Positions 39,183 to 48,691 of a stretch of 64,000 nucleotides of DNA are shown here, in pieces. The stretch covers positions 2,304,001-2,368,000 of the forward strand of contig OY843592.1 in NCBI GenBank assembly GCA_963692865.2. Direction: 5' to 3'. Each line of letters starts with the position of its first letter. Positions within the stretch are counted from its first letter, which is position 1. The notes below the pieces were generated by a model. The model was not told where the DNA came from, made no database searches, and worked only from the letters and a program-made list of their open reading frames with translations. The translations under genes were made by a program, and so were the position numbers. The stretch is from a bacterium. Lineage in GTDB: Bacteria; UBA8248.

Positions 39183-41274
39183 GCGTTACGTCCTCGGCGT
39201 CGACGTCGGCGGGACGTTCACCGACTTCGCGCTCGTCCGCCTCTCGGACGGCAAGACGTGGTTTCTGAAGACGCCCTCGACCCCGGACGACCCGTCCCGG
39301 GCGATTGCGGCCGGCATTCCGGAGCTGTTGGACTGCGCAGCCGCCGGCGCCGGGAACGTCCGCTACTTCGGCCACGGAACGACGGTCGCCACCAACGCGC
39401 TCATCACGGGGGACACGGCGGTCACGGGCCTCATCACCACGGAAGGGTTTCGCGACATCCTGGAGATCCGCCGCCAGCGCCAACCCCACAACTACGACAT
39501 TCGGATGCCGAAGCCCCCGCCCCTCGTCGCGCGCCGCCTCCGGCGCGAGATCGAGGAGCGCACCTATCTCCTCGGGTCTTCCGACGTGCCGCCGGATCTC
39601 GAAGCGCTCGATGGAATCCTCGACGACTTCCGCCGCGAAGGCGTGGAGGCGGTGGCCGTCTGCTTCCTGCACAGCTACCACAATCCGGCCCACGAGGCCG
39701 CCGTCGCGGCCGCGGTGCGCGAGCGCCTTCCCGGTGCGTTCACCTGCGCATCCCACGAAGTCGTGGCCGAGTTCCGCGAGTACGAGAGGACCACGACCAC
39801 CGTGCTGAACGCATCGCTGGGCCCGGTCGTGAGCCGCTATCTCGAGCGCCTCGGGGAACGGTCCCGCGCCCTGGGCATCGTGGACCCGAAGATCCTCCAG
39901 TCCCACGGCGGCGTCGCCTCGCTTCGGGATGCGGGTGCGATGGCGGGCCGCTGCCTCATGTCGGGGCCGGCGGCGGGAGTCACCGGCGCGGGCTTTCTCG
40001 CCGGAAGGGCCGAGTGCCCGGACGTCATCACCTTCGACGTCGGGGGAACGAGCACCGACGTCTGCCTCATCGAAGGCAACCGGCCGCTCATCGCAAAGGA
40101 GCGGGAGGTGCGGGGGCATCCCATCCGCTTCCCGATGGTCGACGTGCATTCGGTGGGCGCCGGAGGGGGCAGCATCGCGCGCGTGGACACGGGCGGCTTC
40201 GTGCACGTGGGACCCCGGAGCGCCGGCGCCGCGCCCGGCCCCGCCTGCTACGGCCTCGGGGGAACCGAGCCCACGGTGACCGACGCCAACGTCGTGCTCG
40301 GCCGCCTTTCCGGCGAGTCCCTGCTGGGCGGCCGCATGAGCCTCCGTCCCGACCTCGCGCACCGCGCAATCGCCGAGAAGGTGGCGGCCCCGATGGGGCT
40401 CGGGGTCGAGGAGGCGGCCGAAGCGGTGCTCACCATCCTCAACGAGAACCTGGTTCAGGCGATACGCGTGATCTCGGTGGAGAAGGGTTTCGATCCGCGG
40501 CGCTTCACCCTGGTGGCGTTCGGGGGGGCGGGGCCTCTCCTCGCCTCCGCGCTCGCCCGCGAGCTGGGCATGACCCGGGTCATGGTGCCGCCCGGACCGG
40601 GTCTCCTGTGCGCGCTCGGGCTCCTCGTCGCCGACGTGCGCTCGGATTTCAGCTTGACGCGGATCGCCGATCTCGAGGAAACCGGCGCCGCCGGCATCAA
40701 CGTCACCTTCACGGAGGTCGGAGGGCGAGCGCTCGAATGGTTCGAGCGGGAGGGGGTGGAGTCCGGCGAGCGCACGGTGCAACGCGCCATCGACATGCGC
40801 TACGTCGGACAGAGCCACGAGATCACGGTGGCGGTTCAGGAGCGGGAATTCGCCGACCACGACCTCTCGGCGCTGGTCGACGCTTTCCGGCGCGAGCACG
40901 AAAGAGTGTACGGCTATGCGCCGGACGCGCCGGTTCAACTGGTCACCTTTCGCGTCACCGCCCTCGCCCGGGTGACGGCGCCCCCGGTCGCGGGCGCCGC
41001 CGGGACGGGCGGCGACCTGCGCGCGGCGGAGCGAGGGAGGCGCCGGGTGCATTTTGCAGAGCTCGGCGGATTCGTCGATTGTCCGATCTACGCCCGGGAG
41101 GGCCTCCCCCGGGGCGCCGATCTCGAAGGCCCCGCGATCCTCGAGCAGATGGACTCGACGACTGTCGTGCTGCCCGGACAGGTCGCCCGCAGCGACGAGC
41201 AGGGCAACCTGAACCTCAAGGTCGCGTCGGCCCCGCACGACGCAGGGAGCGGCGGTAGCGGGGAGCTCGCATGA
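39172..41274 (+). CDS. Hydantoinase A / oxoprolinase family protein
   Basis: GVDVGGTFTD, HGTTVATNA, REYERT, SGPAAGV, DVGGTSTDV, GAGGGSIA, DMRYVGQSHE; overlaps the B-subunit stop. Confidence 0.93.
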   Translation: MEPERYVLGVDVGGTFTDFALVRLSDGKTWFLKTPSTPDDPSRAIAAGIPELLDCAAAGAGNVRYFGHGTTVATNALITGDTAVTGLITTEGFRDILEIRRQRQPHNYDIRMPKPPPLVARRLRREIEERTYLLGSSDVPPDLEALDGILDDFRREGVEAVAVCFLHSYHNPAHEAAVAAAVRERLPGAFTCASHEVVAEFREYERTTTTVLNASLGPVVSRYLERLGERSRALGIVDPKILQSHGGVASLRDAGAMAGRCLMSGPAAGVTGAGFLAGRAECPDVITFDVGGTSTDVCLIEGNRPLIAKEREVRGHPIRFPMVDVHSVGAGGGSIARVDTGGFVHVGPRSAGAAPGPACYGLGGTEPTVTDANVVLGRLSGESLLGGRMSLRPDLAHRAIAEKVAAPMGLGVEEAAEAVLTILNENLVQAIRVISVEKGFDPRRFTLVAFGGAGPLLASALARELGMTRVMVPPGPGLLCALGLLVADVRSDFSLTRIADLEETGAAGINVTFTEVGGRALEWFEREGVESGERTVQRAIDMRYVGQSHEITVAVQEREFADHDLSALVDAFRREHERVYGYAPDAPVQLVTFRVTALARVTAPPVAGAAGTGGDLRAAERGRRRVHFAELGGFVDCPIYAREGLPRGADLEGPAILEQMDSTTVVLPGQVARSDEQGNLNLKVASAPHDAGSGGSGELA

Positions 41275-41298
41275 GGGGGCGAGAGAGACGGAGGGAGC

Positions 41299-41400
41299 AT
41301 GAGCAAGGATTCGGAGCGATTCCAGGTCCGGCTCGACGACGGGGTGGCCGCGCCCGAGGACGCCAGGGTGAGCGTCCTCACCGCCACCTCGCCCGGATGT
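41299..41400 (+). pseudogene. Truncated N-terminus of a class IV (branched-chain-type) aminotransferase
   Basis: GGAGGGAG RBS, then MSKDSERFQVRLDDGVAAPEDARVSVLT resembling IlvE N-termini; similarity is lost afterwards. Confidence 0.4.
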
Positions 41401-41730
41401 GAAGTCGCCGGGCGGGCGCGTCCACCCCATCGGCGATCGACAGGAACCCCCCGGGATACGCAGGCGTTGTAACGAACCTGCTTTCGTCTTGATTGCGGAT
41501 CGGGGAAGGCGAATTTTATCCGAAACATATATCTCATTTAATATCAACAAGATAAATGGATTTTACCATTGCCGGGAAGCGCTTGAAATCTGATTTATCG
41601 AATTTTTTGGAAATTCCGGTTCGTCTCGTCTTATGGGAAATTACGCGGATGATACCATGCGCAGGCCGCTTCCGCCGAAGGACGCTTGGCGTCCGGGAGA
41701 AAGTTGAATAGAAACTTCTGAACCGGAACG

Positions 41731-42525
41731 CTAGATCGATAGCCAGCCGCCGTCGATCGCCAGCGTGTGGCCGGTCACCATCGAGGAGGCGGGGCTCGCG
41801 AGGTAGAGGATGCCGCCGGCGATTTCCTCGGGTTCTCCAAGCCGGCCGAGCGGCGTGCGCGCCTTGATCTCGGCCTCGAGCCCGGGCTGGCGCTGGCGCA
41901 GATCGGCGCCGAGATTGGTGTAGAAGAAGGTCGGCGCGATGGCGTTCACCCGGATGCCCCGGCCCGCCCATTCGACGGCGAGCGAGCGGGTCATGTTGAC
42001 GATCGCCCCCTTGGTCGCCTGATAGGGGATGTGGGGAACCATCGCGTTCGCCCGAAACCCCATGATCGATGCGATCGAGACGATCCGCCCCTCCCCCTGG
42101 GCCAGCATGTGCTTCGCCGCCCGGCGCGCGCAGACGAACGGTGCGGTCATGTTCACCTCGACCACCTCGTCCCAGTCCTCGTCGGGAAACTCCTCGGCCG
42201 GTCCGGGCCGTATGATGCCCGCATTGTTGATCAGGATGTGAAGCCCGCCGAACCGCTCGGCCGCCTCGTCGATCACGGTGTCGACCCGCTTGCGGTCGGC
42301 AACATCGAGCCGCCAGGACTCGGCGGTCCCGCCGGCGTCGCGTATCTGCGCCGCGACCCTCTCGGCCGCCGCCGCATCAATATCGGTGACCGCGACGTGC
42401 GCCCCCGCGCCGGCAAGCGCGATCGCGGCGATTCGCCCCAGACCGCCGCCCGCCCCGGTGACCAGCGCGCTGTCGCCGTCGATGCGAAACAGCGCCTCGA
42501 TCGAAACCTCCTCGTAGCCCGCCAT
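41731..42525 (-). CDS. SDR family oxidoreductase (gluconate 5-dehydrogenase-like)
   Basis: ALVTGAGGGLG, NNAGI, YQATK, VNAIAPT, IDGG. Confidence 0.93.
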   Translation of the reverse strand: MAGYEEVSIEALFRIDGDSALVTGAGGGLGRIAAIALAGAGAHVAVTDIDAAAAERVAAQIRDAGGTAESWRLDVADRKRVDTVIDEAAERFGGLHILINNAGIIRPGPAEEFPDEDWDEVVEVNMTAPFVCARRAAKHMLAQGEGRIVSIASIMGFRANAMVPHIPYQATKGAIVNMTRSLAVEWAGRGIRVNAIAPTFFYTNLGADLRQRQPGLEAEIKARTPLGRLGEPEEIAGGILYLASPASSMVTGHTLAIDGGWLSI

Positions 42526-43190
42526 GGCCGCCTCCCTGAAGACCCTTCCGGTTGCGCACGCCTCGCCGCTCACCCGCGCGGTCGGGCATAGCGGGATTCG
42601 CGCCCACCTGCGCCCCCGCACCCTGCCATTTCACTATCGATTGAGCAAGAACAACCTGACGAAAACGAACGCGACCTTCGATTCGAGGGGGAGATCGGAG
42701 CTTGGCTCGGAAAGTCGAAGCAGTTCACTCAGGCGGAGATGAAACCCTGATTCCGGCGATTCGCCGAACCGGTTCCCTCGGGGCCGTCAAGGAAATCGCC
42801 AGTGGTATTTTCTGGCCTTTATCAGAAAAACCACATTTCACAAAACAAATCTTGAGGCTTGCAGAAACTCGCATCAATAATCATTCCAGCACTTGACGGT
42901 CCCTTCTTGATTTATTGATGGGTGCGTTCATTACAGGAGATGAATTTGAGAGGACGTCCACTTTTTGATGATCCCGCGATTTTTACCTGGCAGGATAAAC
43001 TTGTTTGACGCGGATCACGAATGAAGGCAGATTCAGTAAAGTGAAAAAGCGTGAGGGATAGAAATGGACGGGTCCCCCGGTCGTTTCAAGGGTACCGACC
43101 CGTAAATGCTTCAACCAGCACATGGCGTTCGTTGACATGTTCCGCTGCTGATATCGAAGATATCGGCGGGACCATTTGGGAGGAAAGATC

Positions 43191-43619
43191 ATGCAAACAC
43201 CGAACACCGATGCCCATGACGGCATCGACAAGCTCGCGTCGCGCTATGTCGACGTCGACTCCCTGGAATGGCGGCCATCGCCGCTCGAGGGCGTCTCGGT
43301 CAAGGTTCTCCTGCAGGACGAGAACGGTGGAGTCCTGACCATGCTGGCGAAGATGGAGCCGGGCGCCACGATTCCCGATCACGAGCATACCGGACTGGAA
43401 CAGAGCTATATCTTGGAGGGCTCGCTCGAGGACCATGAAGGCGTCTGCGGGCCGGGCCAATATGTCTGGCGGCCTGCCGGCAGCCGCCATGTCGCGACAT
43501 CGCCCAACGGCGCGTTGATACTGTCGATGTTCGAAAGTCCCAACATCTTCTTCGACGGCCCCGCCAAAGGCGGAACGATAGAAGAATTCGTGGCCCGAAA
43601 GCAGTCGCTCGAAGCCTGA
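43191..43619 (+). CDS. ChrR-like cupin domain protein
   Basis: GGAGG RBS; MEPGATIPDHEH...EQSYILEGSL...YVWRPAGSRH. Confidence 0.85.
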   Translation: MQTPNTDAHDGIDKLASRYVDVDSLEWRPSPLEGVSVKVLLQDENGGVLTMLAKMEPGATIPDHEHTGLEQSYILEGSLEDHEGVCGPGQYVWRPAGSRHVATSPNGALILSMFESPNIFFDGPAKGGTIEEFVARKQSLEA

Positions 43620-43954
43620 CCGCCGCCGAACGATTCCATGCCAGATCCGTTGGGTAGCGGTGTTGTAGGAGTGTGGGCCGTGCTTCGACCCGAACGGGAT
43701 GGTGACCGGCGGGCGGAATGAGCGACAAAATGCGGCCCTTGCCCGCGCCACAGGGTCTGCGCCATGAGGTCGCCTGCCCGGCGAGGCAACGGATTTATTT
43801 CTTTATGGTCGGCATCGTGAAAAGGACGGTGCGGACATGAAACAGCTATAACCCGACCTGTCGCAAACGACGCAAAAGAAGCATTTCTCCACGCTGAGCG
43901 TCCACGCCTGCCTACTCCGTCTACCGGGCGGCAACGCCCTATTCTTTTTTCCGT

Positions 43955-44240
43955 GGCCGGACAGGCTCCTGCGCCTGTCCGGGGACCTGCGGGCCCTCCC
44001 GAATCTTATTGGGCGGACACATCGGTCCGCCCCTACCAATAAATCCGCCGCCTGTGCGCAGGGCAGGCCCCTGTGCCTGTCCTCACGCGGGACAACCACG
44101 GGGGGGTTGTCCCTGGCAAGTGATAGTGCTTGGGTCGTTCGGATTTTCGGGAATGATTTGCCCAAGGGCAGGGAGAAAGAAAATGGCCTCCATAGCCGAA
44201 CAGGCTCATCGCCTGTCCGGGGTCGCGACCTGTCCCTGCA
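43955..44240. repeat. Cluster of GTAG-type (REP-like) palindromes
   Basis: GGACAGGC..GCCTGTCC twice, GGGCGGAC..GTCCGCCCCTAC, GGGCAGGCCCCTGTGCCTGTCC..GGGACAACC..GGTTGTCCC. Confidence 0.75.
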
Positions 44241-44267
44241 GGGATATCTTTCCGGTGGCGTATTTTC

Positions 44268-46142
44268 TCAACCCGCCCCGTTGCTCCCGCCGTTCCCCGA
44301 GGCGGCCAGGGCTTCGGTCACGTCGCCGAGTTTCAGCCTTTCGAGCGTCGCCTGCGTGGGAAAGCCGTTCTCGTCCCATCCCCGGATGCCGTAGAACTCG
44401 TTCTTCATGCCCTCCAGTTCATCGGGCGGGCAGTGCATCCCCTTGTGGGGGCCGTCCGGAATCGGCTCGTGCATCACCTTGTAGGGCAGCATATCGTCCG
44501 CGCGGCTCACCCCTTCGCGCACGTGCAGGGCGCGCTCCAGGTTGCAGATGCGCTCGCCGGTTTCCTCCAGCTCGTCGGCCGTCGTGTCCCACCCGGTGAC
44601 GAGGTTCAGCATCTCCGCGTATTTCTCGTTGATCATCGCCCCGTAGCCGCGCTCGGCCGTGAAGCGGCACTGGGTGATGGAATCGCCAAGCGCCGTGAAG
44701 TTCTGGGTGCGCACGGCGAAGGCGGGCTTCCCCTCGGTCGAGGTGTTGTCGTGGTCCGAGGCGTATTGCAGGGTAGGGCGGGTGTCGTGGTGGCTGCCGC
44801 CCCGCGTGCCCGTGGCGTAGCCGATGGACATGCCCTTGAGCGCGCGCGCGCTGTGCGCCGGAAGCTCGAGTCCCCGGGAGGCATATAAGAGATTCGGCGC
44901 GTCGCCGCCGATTTCTTGGGCGAGGCGCTTGCCGCCCTCCGCGAGCCTGTCGCCGAACCCCTTGCGGTGCGTCATGTCTTCCAGGAGTCTCAGCATGGTC
45001 GCGGAATCGCCCCATTTGAGCGGTTCGCCGACTTCCGCCTCGCTCAGGAGTCCCTTTTCCATGCACTCGAAGGCGAGCGAGAGCGTGACGCCCGCGGATA
45101 TGGTGTCGAGGCCCAGTTCGTCGCAGAGCATGTTGGCCTGGAGCATGACGCCCGGATCGCCGATGCCCAGCATGGTGCCCAGCGCGAAGATGGTCTCGTA
45201 CTCGGGGAGCTTCCACACGAGGCCGTCGAACTCGCCGCCCTTCATCAGGTAATTCTTGCCGCACGCCACCGGGCATTTGAGGCAGGTGGTGTGCTTGTCG
45301 AGGAAATTGTCGTGCATGTATTCGCCGCTGATGGGTTCGCAGTTCTCGAAAATCTCGCTCATGAGGTTGCGCGTGCCGAGCGCGCCCATCTTGTTGATCA
45401 TGTTCACGAGAATCGGCGTTCCGTACTTGTGGAGGGCCGCCGTGCCCGTGCGCACGTCTTCGGCCGTCTCGTTCACGTAGGTTCTGAGCGCCTTGGCGTC
45501 CGCCCAGGCGGTTTTCGCCTTGCCGCGGGCGGCGATGGCCTTGACGTTCTTGCTCCCCAGGACGGCCGCCATGCCGCCGCGCCCGCTGATGCCGTCGCGG
45601 CTCTTGCGCCAGGTGTGCGCCATGGCCGCGAAACGCACCTGACTCTCGCCCGCGGGGCCGATGGCGAGCACGTCGGTGCCGCCTTCCGTCTCGGTGATGG
45701 TGTCGCACGTCTCGCGGATCCATTTTCCCTTCAAATGGCTCGCGTCCCTGAACGCCACGCCTTCTTCGGTGAGCATGAGGTAGACGAGGGAATCCGCCTT
45801 TCCGTGCAGGACGACGGCGTCGAGGCCCGTGCGCTTGAGCGTGATGGGCCAGGCGCCCCCGAAGGTGGAGTCGAAGAAAAGCCCGGTGAGCGGGCTGATG
45901 GCCGCGGCGCACGCGCGGCTCGCGCTTGGGACTGCGGAATCCGTATAGGGCCCCACGGCGAAGACGATGATGTTTTCAGGAGACAGCGCGTCGGTGCCGG
46001 GTTTCAGGTTGTCCCAGAGGATCTTGGCGCAGAAGCCGTTTCCGCCGATGAACTTGCGGCCCATCTCCTCGCCGAATTCCTCGATGCGCGACGTGCGGTT
46101 GCTGAGGTCGATGTGCAGTATTTTCCCTTGATATCCGAGCAT
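44268..46142 (-). CDS. Aldehyde:ferredoxin oxidoreductase family protein (W-pterin)
   Basis: GKILHIDLS, SPLTG, IGPAGE, GRGGMAAVLGSKNVKAI, CLKCPVAC, EYET, CDELGLDTIS, TRGGSHH, GWDENG.PT. Confidence 0.93.
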   Translation of the reverse strand: MLGYQGKILHIDLSNRTSRIEEFGEEMGRKFIGGNGFCAKILWDNLKPGTDALSPENIIVFAVGPYTDSAVPSASRACAAAISPLTGLFFDSTFGGAWPITLKRTGLDAVVLHGKADSLVYLMLTEEGVAFRDASHLKGKWIRETCDTITETEGGTDVLAIGPAGESQVRFAAMAHTWRKSRDGISGRGGMAAVLGSKNVKAIAARGKAKTAWADAKALRTYVNETAEDVRTGTAALHKYGTPILVNMINKMGALGTRNLMSEIFENCEPISGEYMHDNFLDKHTTCLKCPVACGKNYLMKGGEFDGLVWKLPEYETIFALGTMLGIGDPGVMLQANMLCDELGLDTISAGVTLSLAFECMEKGLLSEAEVGEPLKWGDSATMLRLLEDMTHRKGFGDRLAEGGKRLAQEIGGDAPNLLYASRGLELPAHSARALKGMSIGYATGTRGGSHHDTRPTLQYASDHDNTSTEGKPAFAVRTQNFTALGDSITQCRFTAERGYGAMINEKYAEMLNLVTGWDTTADELEETGERICNLERALHVREGVSRADDMLPYKVMHEPIPDGPHKGMHCPPDELEGMKNEFYGIRGWDENGFPTQATLERLKLGDVTEALAASGNGGSNGAG

Positions 46143-46269
46143 GTGCGGCCCTCGATAGAACGAGTGGAGCGGTAAAGTGAATTGGAAGCCCTAGTGTAAG
46201 CATTTGGGCGTTTTGTGCAAGACCGAACGAAGAACGAGGGTTTGCCGAGGGGGGAGGAACATCGTATTC

Positions 46270-46730
46270 GTAGGGACAGGCCTCCGTGCCTGTCCGAGGC
46301 CTCCGTGCCTGTCAGGCCTGCTTGATTGTGAATTATCGAAGTTTGCGTAGGGGCGGTTCGCGAACCTGCAAATGATACCCGTATCACCGTCATTCCGGCA
46401 ATCAATGCCGACCGGTGAGGGAGGGATTGCCGGAATCCAGAGCGGGGTAGGGAGAAGAAAATCCGGCTTCTCATTCTTGCAATAATTGGGGGCCGCAACG
46501 AAAGAAACAAAAGACAAAACCCCTGGATTCCGGCATGCGCCGGAATGACGAACAAAAACCAAGCCGGGCAATCGCACCCTCCTCGCTCGTGTCTAGCCTT
46601 CGTCTTGCCGTACCGCCATATTGACCTCACCCTGAATAGCCGCCGAAGGTCAAACGCGAGTGAGAAAAGAGCGTTTGTATCGAAGGGCGCTCCCTCGATA
46701 CGGCGCGCAAGCGCGCCTACTCGGGATGAG
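46270..46730. repeat. Composite intergenic palindromic repeat cluster
   Basis: GTAGGGACAGG..CCTGTCC; CGTCATTCCGGC..GCCGGAATCCAG paired with CTGGATTCCGGC..GCCGGAATGACG; CCTCACCCTGA..TATCGAAGGG..CCCTCGATACG..CTACTCGGGATGAGG (inverted copy of 58708-58827). Confidence 0.8.
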
Positions 46731-46790
46731 GGAAGGGTGAATTCCGATTGAAAATGGCTTTTCAGCAACCCCGCATTGGTCGGAATTGAT

Positions 46791-47585
46791 TCACCACAAG
46801 GACTTGAGCCTGCCGCCATCCAGATTCAAGGATATCCCGGTGATGTAGCTCGCACGCTCCGAGCAGAGAAAGACGACCGCGTCGGCGAGTTCTTCCGGCC
46901 TGCCGAAGCGGCCCAGCGCGTTCTTGCGCGCCGCGCGGCGGCGGGCCTCTTCTTCGGAGTCGGCCTCGAGTTCCGCGGCGAGGCCCCGGGCGTTCATCCG
47001 CCAGAGCGCGGTGTCCACCCAGCCGGGGCATACCGCGTTCACGTGAATCCCCGTCTCGCCGAATTCGGCCGAAAGCGATTTCGTCATGTTCAGGAGCGCG
47101 CTGTTCGTCATGCCGCTTCCGAACATGTAGGGGTCGGGTTCCTTGCCCGCGCCGCCGATCATGTTCACGATGCGGCCCCACCCCTTCTCGCGCATCCCGG
47201 GCTCCACGAGGCGGATGAGCCTCAGGAAACCGAACAGCTTGGTGTCGAGCTGTTTCTGAAGGGCGTCGTCATCGAGCGCTTCGAACCTGCCCGAACTCAT
47301 GGTGCCCGCGTTGTTCACCAGAATGTCGATGGATCCGAGTTTTTCCTGCGCCTTCCCGACCAGGGGCGCGAGTTCGGCTTCGTTCGAGGTGTCGGCCGCG
47401 GCGTAGTGGATTTCGCCTCCCGTCTCATCGGCCAATTGCGCGCAGGTCTCGGCGAGGGCTTCTTCGTTTCTCGCGCAGGTGAAGACGCGGACGCCCTCTT
47501 CCAGGAAGCGCCTCGCCGTCTCCTTGCCGATGCCCCGGCTGCCGCCGGTCACCAGCGCCGCTTTTCCCTCGATGCCTAAGTCCAC
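46791..47585 (-). CDS. SDR family oxidoreductase (atypical active site)
   Basis: ALVTGGSRGIG, LVNNAG, VNAVCPG, LDGG; the canonical YxxxK position reads SGMTN. Confidence 0.9.
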   Translation of the reverse strand: MDLGIEGKAALVTGGSRGIGKETARRFLEEGVRVFTCARNEEALAETCAQLADETGGEIHYAAADTSNEAELAPLVGKAQEKLGSIDILVNNAGTMSSGRFEALDDDALQKQLDTKLFGFLRLIRLVEPGMREKGWGRIVNMIGGAGKEPDPYMFGSGMTNSALLNMTKSLSAEFGETGIHVNAVCPGWVDTALWRMNARGLAAELEADSEEEARRRAARKNALGRFGRPEELADAVVFLCSERASYITGISLNLDGGRLKSLW

Positions 47586-47606
47586 AATTGTCCTCTCATC
47601 GAAAAA

Positions 47607-47634
47607 GTAGGGACAGGTCGCGACCTGTCCCTAC
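47607..47634. repeat. Perfect 28-bp GTAG palindrome
   Basis: GTAGGGACAGGTCG-CGACCTGTCCCTAC. Confidence 0.85.
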
Positions 47635-47664
47635 CAGGAACGATTCTTAATCAAACCCAACCAC

Positions 47665-48255
47665 CTAACCCGACACCTGCGCGACTTCCTCCCATTCCTT
47701 CCAGCCGATGATGTCGTCCGGCGGCTCCACGGGGTTGTGGAGGCCGTCCTGCAGGCGGTTCCAGGCGTTGAACAGGCAGGTGAACAGGGTGAGTTCCACG
47801 ATGTCCTTTTCGCTGAAAAATTGTTTAAGCGGCGCGAAACAGGCGTCGTCTGCGGCGGCCGTGTTTCTCGTCAGGGCGGTCGCCCAGCGGATCACCGCCT
47901 TTTCGCGCTCATCGAAGAGATCGCTGTCTTCCCATCCATCGACTATCAGGGAGATATGTTCGTCGTTCAGACCGGCAGCTTGACCAAGCTTTACGTTGTG
48001 GTTCGTTCATATCTCGCAGTCGTTGATGAGAGAAGGCGTCAGGATCGCCAGTTGCATCAGGCGCATTCTCTCCGGCTCGGCCCGCCACTGGCTTCTCAGG
48101 GCCACCGTCAGGCTCATGATGTGGCGCAGGGCTTCGGGCGAATGGGCCAGGGCGCGGTAGAAACTGGGCACCGTGCCCCATCTTTCCCTCGATTGCTCAA
48201 AGAGCGGTTCGTGATCGCCCGCAGCGTCATCGGGCACCGGCGTGATTCTGGACAT
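47665..48255 (-). CDS. AhpD/CMD-like peroxidase-related selenoprotein (in-frame TGA read as Sec, CxxU)
   Basis: AAGGAGG RBS and ATG 48255; ...SLINDCEI-TGA(48009-48007)-TNHNVKLG...LFDEREKAVIRWA..LT...FSEKDIVELT...NAWNR in one frame; hairpin with GGUC loop 16 nt after the UGA. Confidence 0.8.
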
Positions 48256-48371
48256 CTCGGCCTCCTTCTTCGGGGTTCGCAACAAATCATGTGTAGTCAT
48301 CATTTTGCATCATTTTTAGCAGATTTTGGGAGGCGCGACCAAGGGGGAAGCCAACCAAGCGGAGAGGAAAT

Positions 48372-48585
48372 TCACCCCCCCCTTGAGGGGGCTGTTGAAA
48401 AAGCCGTGCAGGAGAAAAGCAGAGGGGTTTGTAGGGGCCGCATATCATGCGGCCCGTTCACAGGAGGCATGAAAATCCGGGTCGCATGATATGCGACCCC
48501 TACAAACCCTACGGCAAGGCGGTGCCCCGTCGCCGTCATACCGGCATTGCAGGGTTTTCACAGCCTCCTCAAAGGGGGAGTGAAT
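48372..48585. repeat. Nested palindromic repeat cluster
   Basis: TCACCCCCCCTTGAGGGGG ... CCTCCTCAAAGGGGGAGTGA outer pair; GGCTGTTGAAAAA..TTTTCACAGCC; inner GTAGGGGCCGCATATCATGCGGCCC..GGGTCGCATGATATGCGACCCCTAC. Confidence 0.8.
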
Positions 48586-48691
48586 TTGAGGTTGCATTGT
48601 TTCGAGATTCATCTCGTCCCACCCCCCTTTGCGGTGCGCATCACCCCCTGCTATAAGTCGCCTTGCCGCATGAGCATAAAGGGGAACTCCG

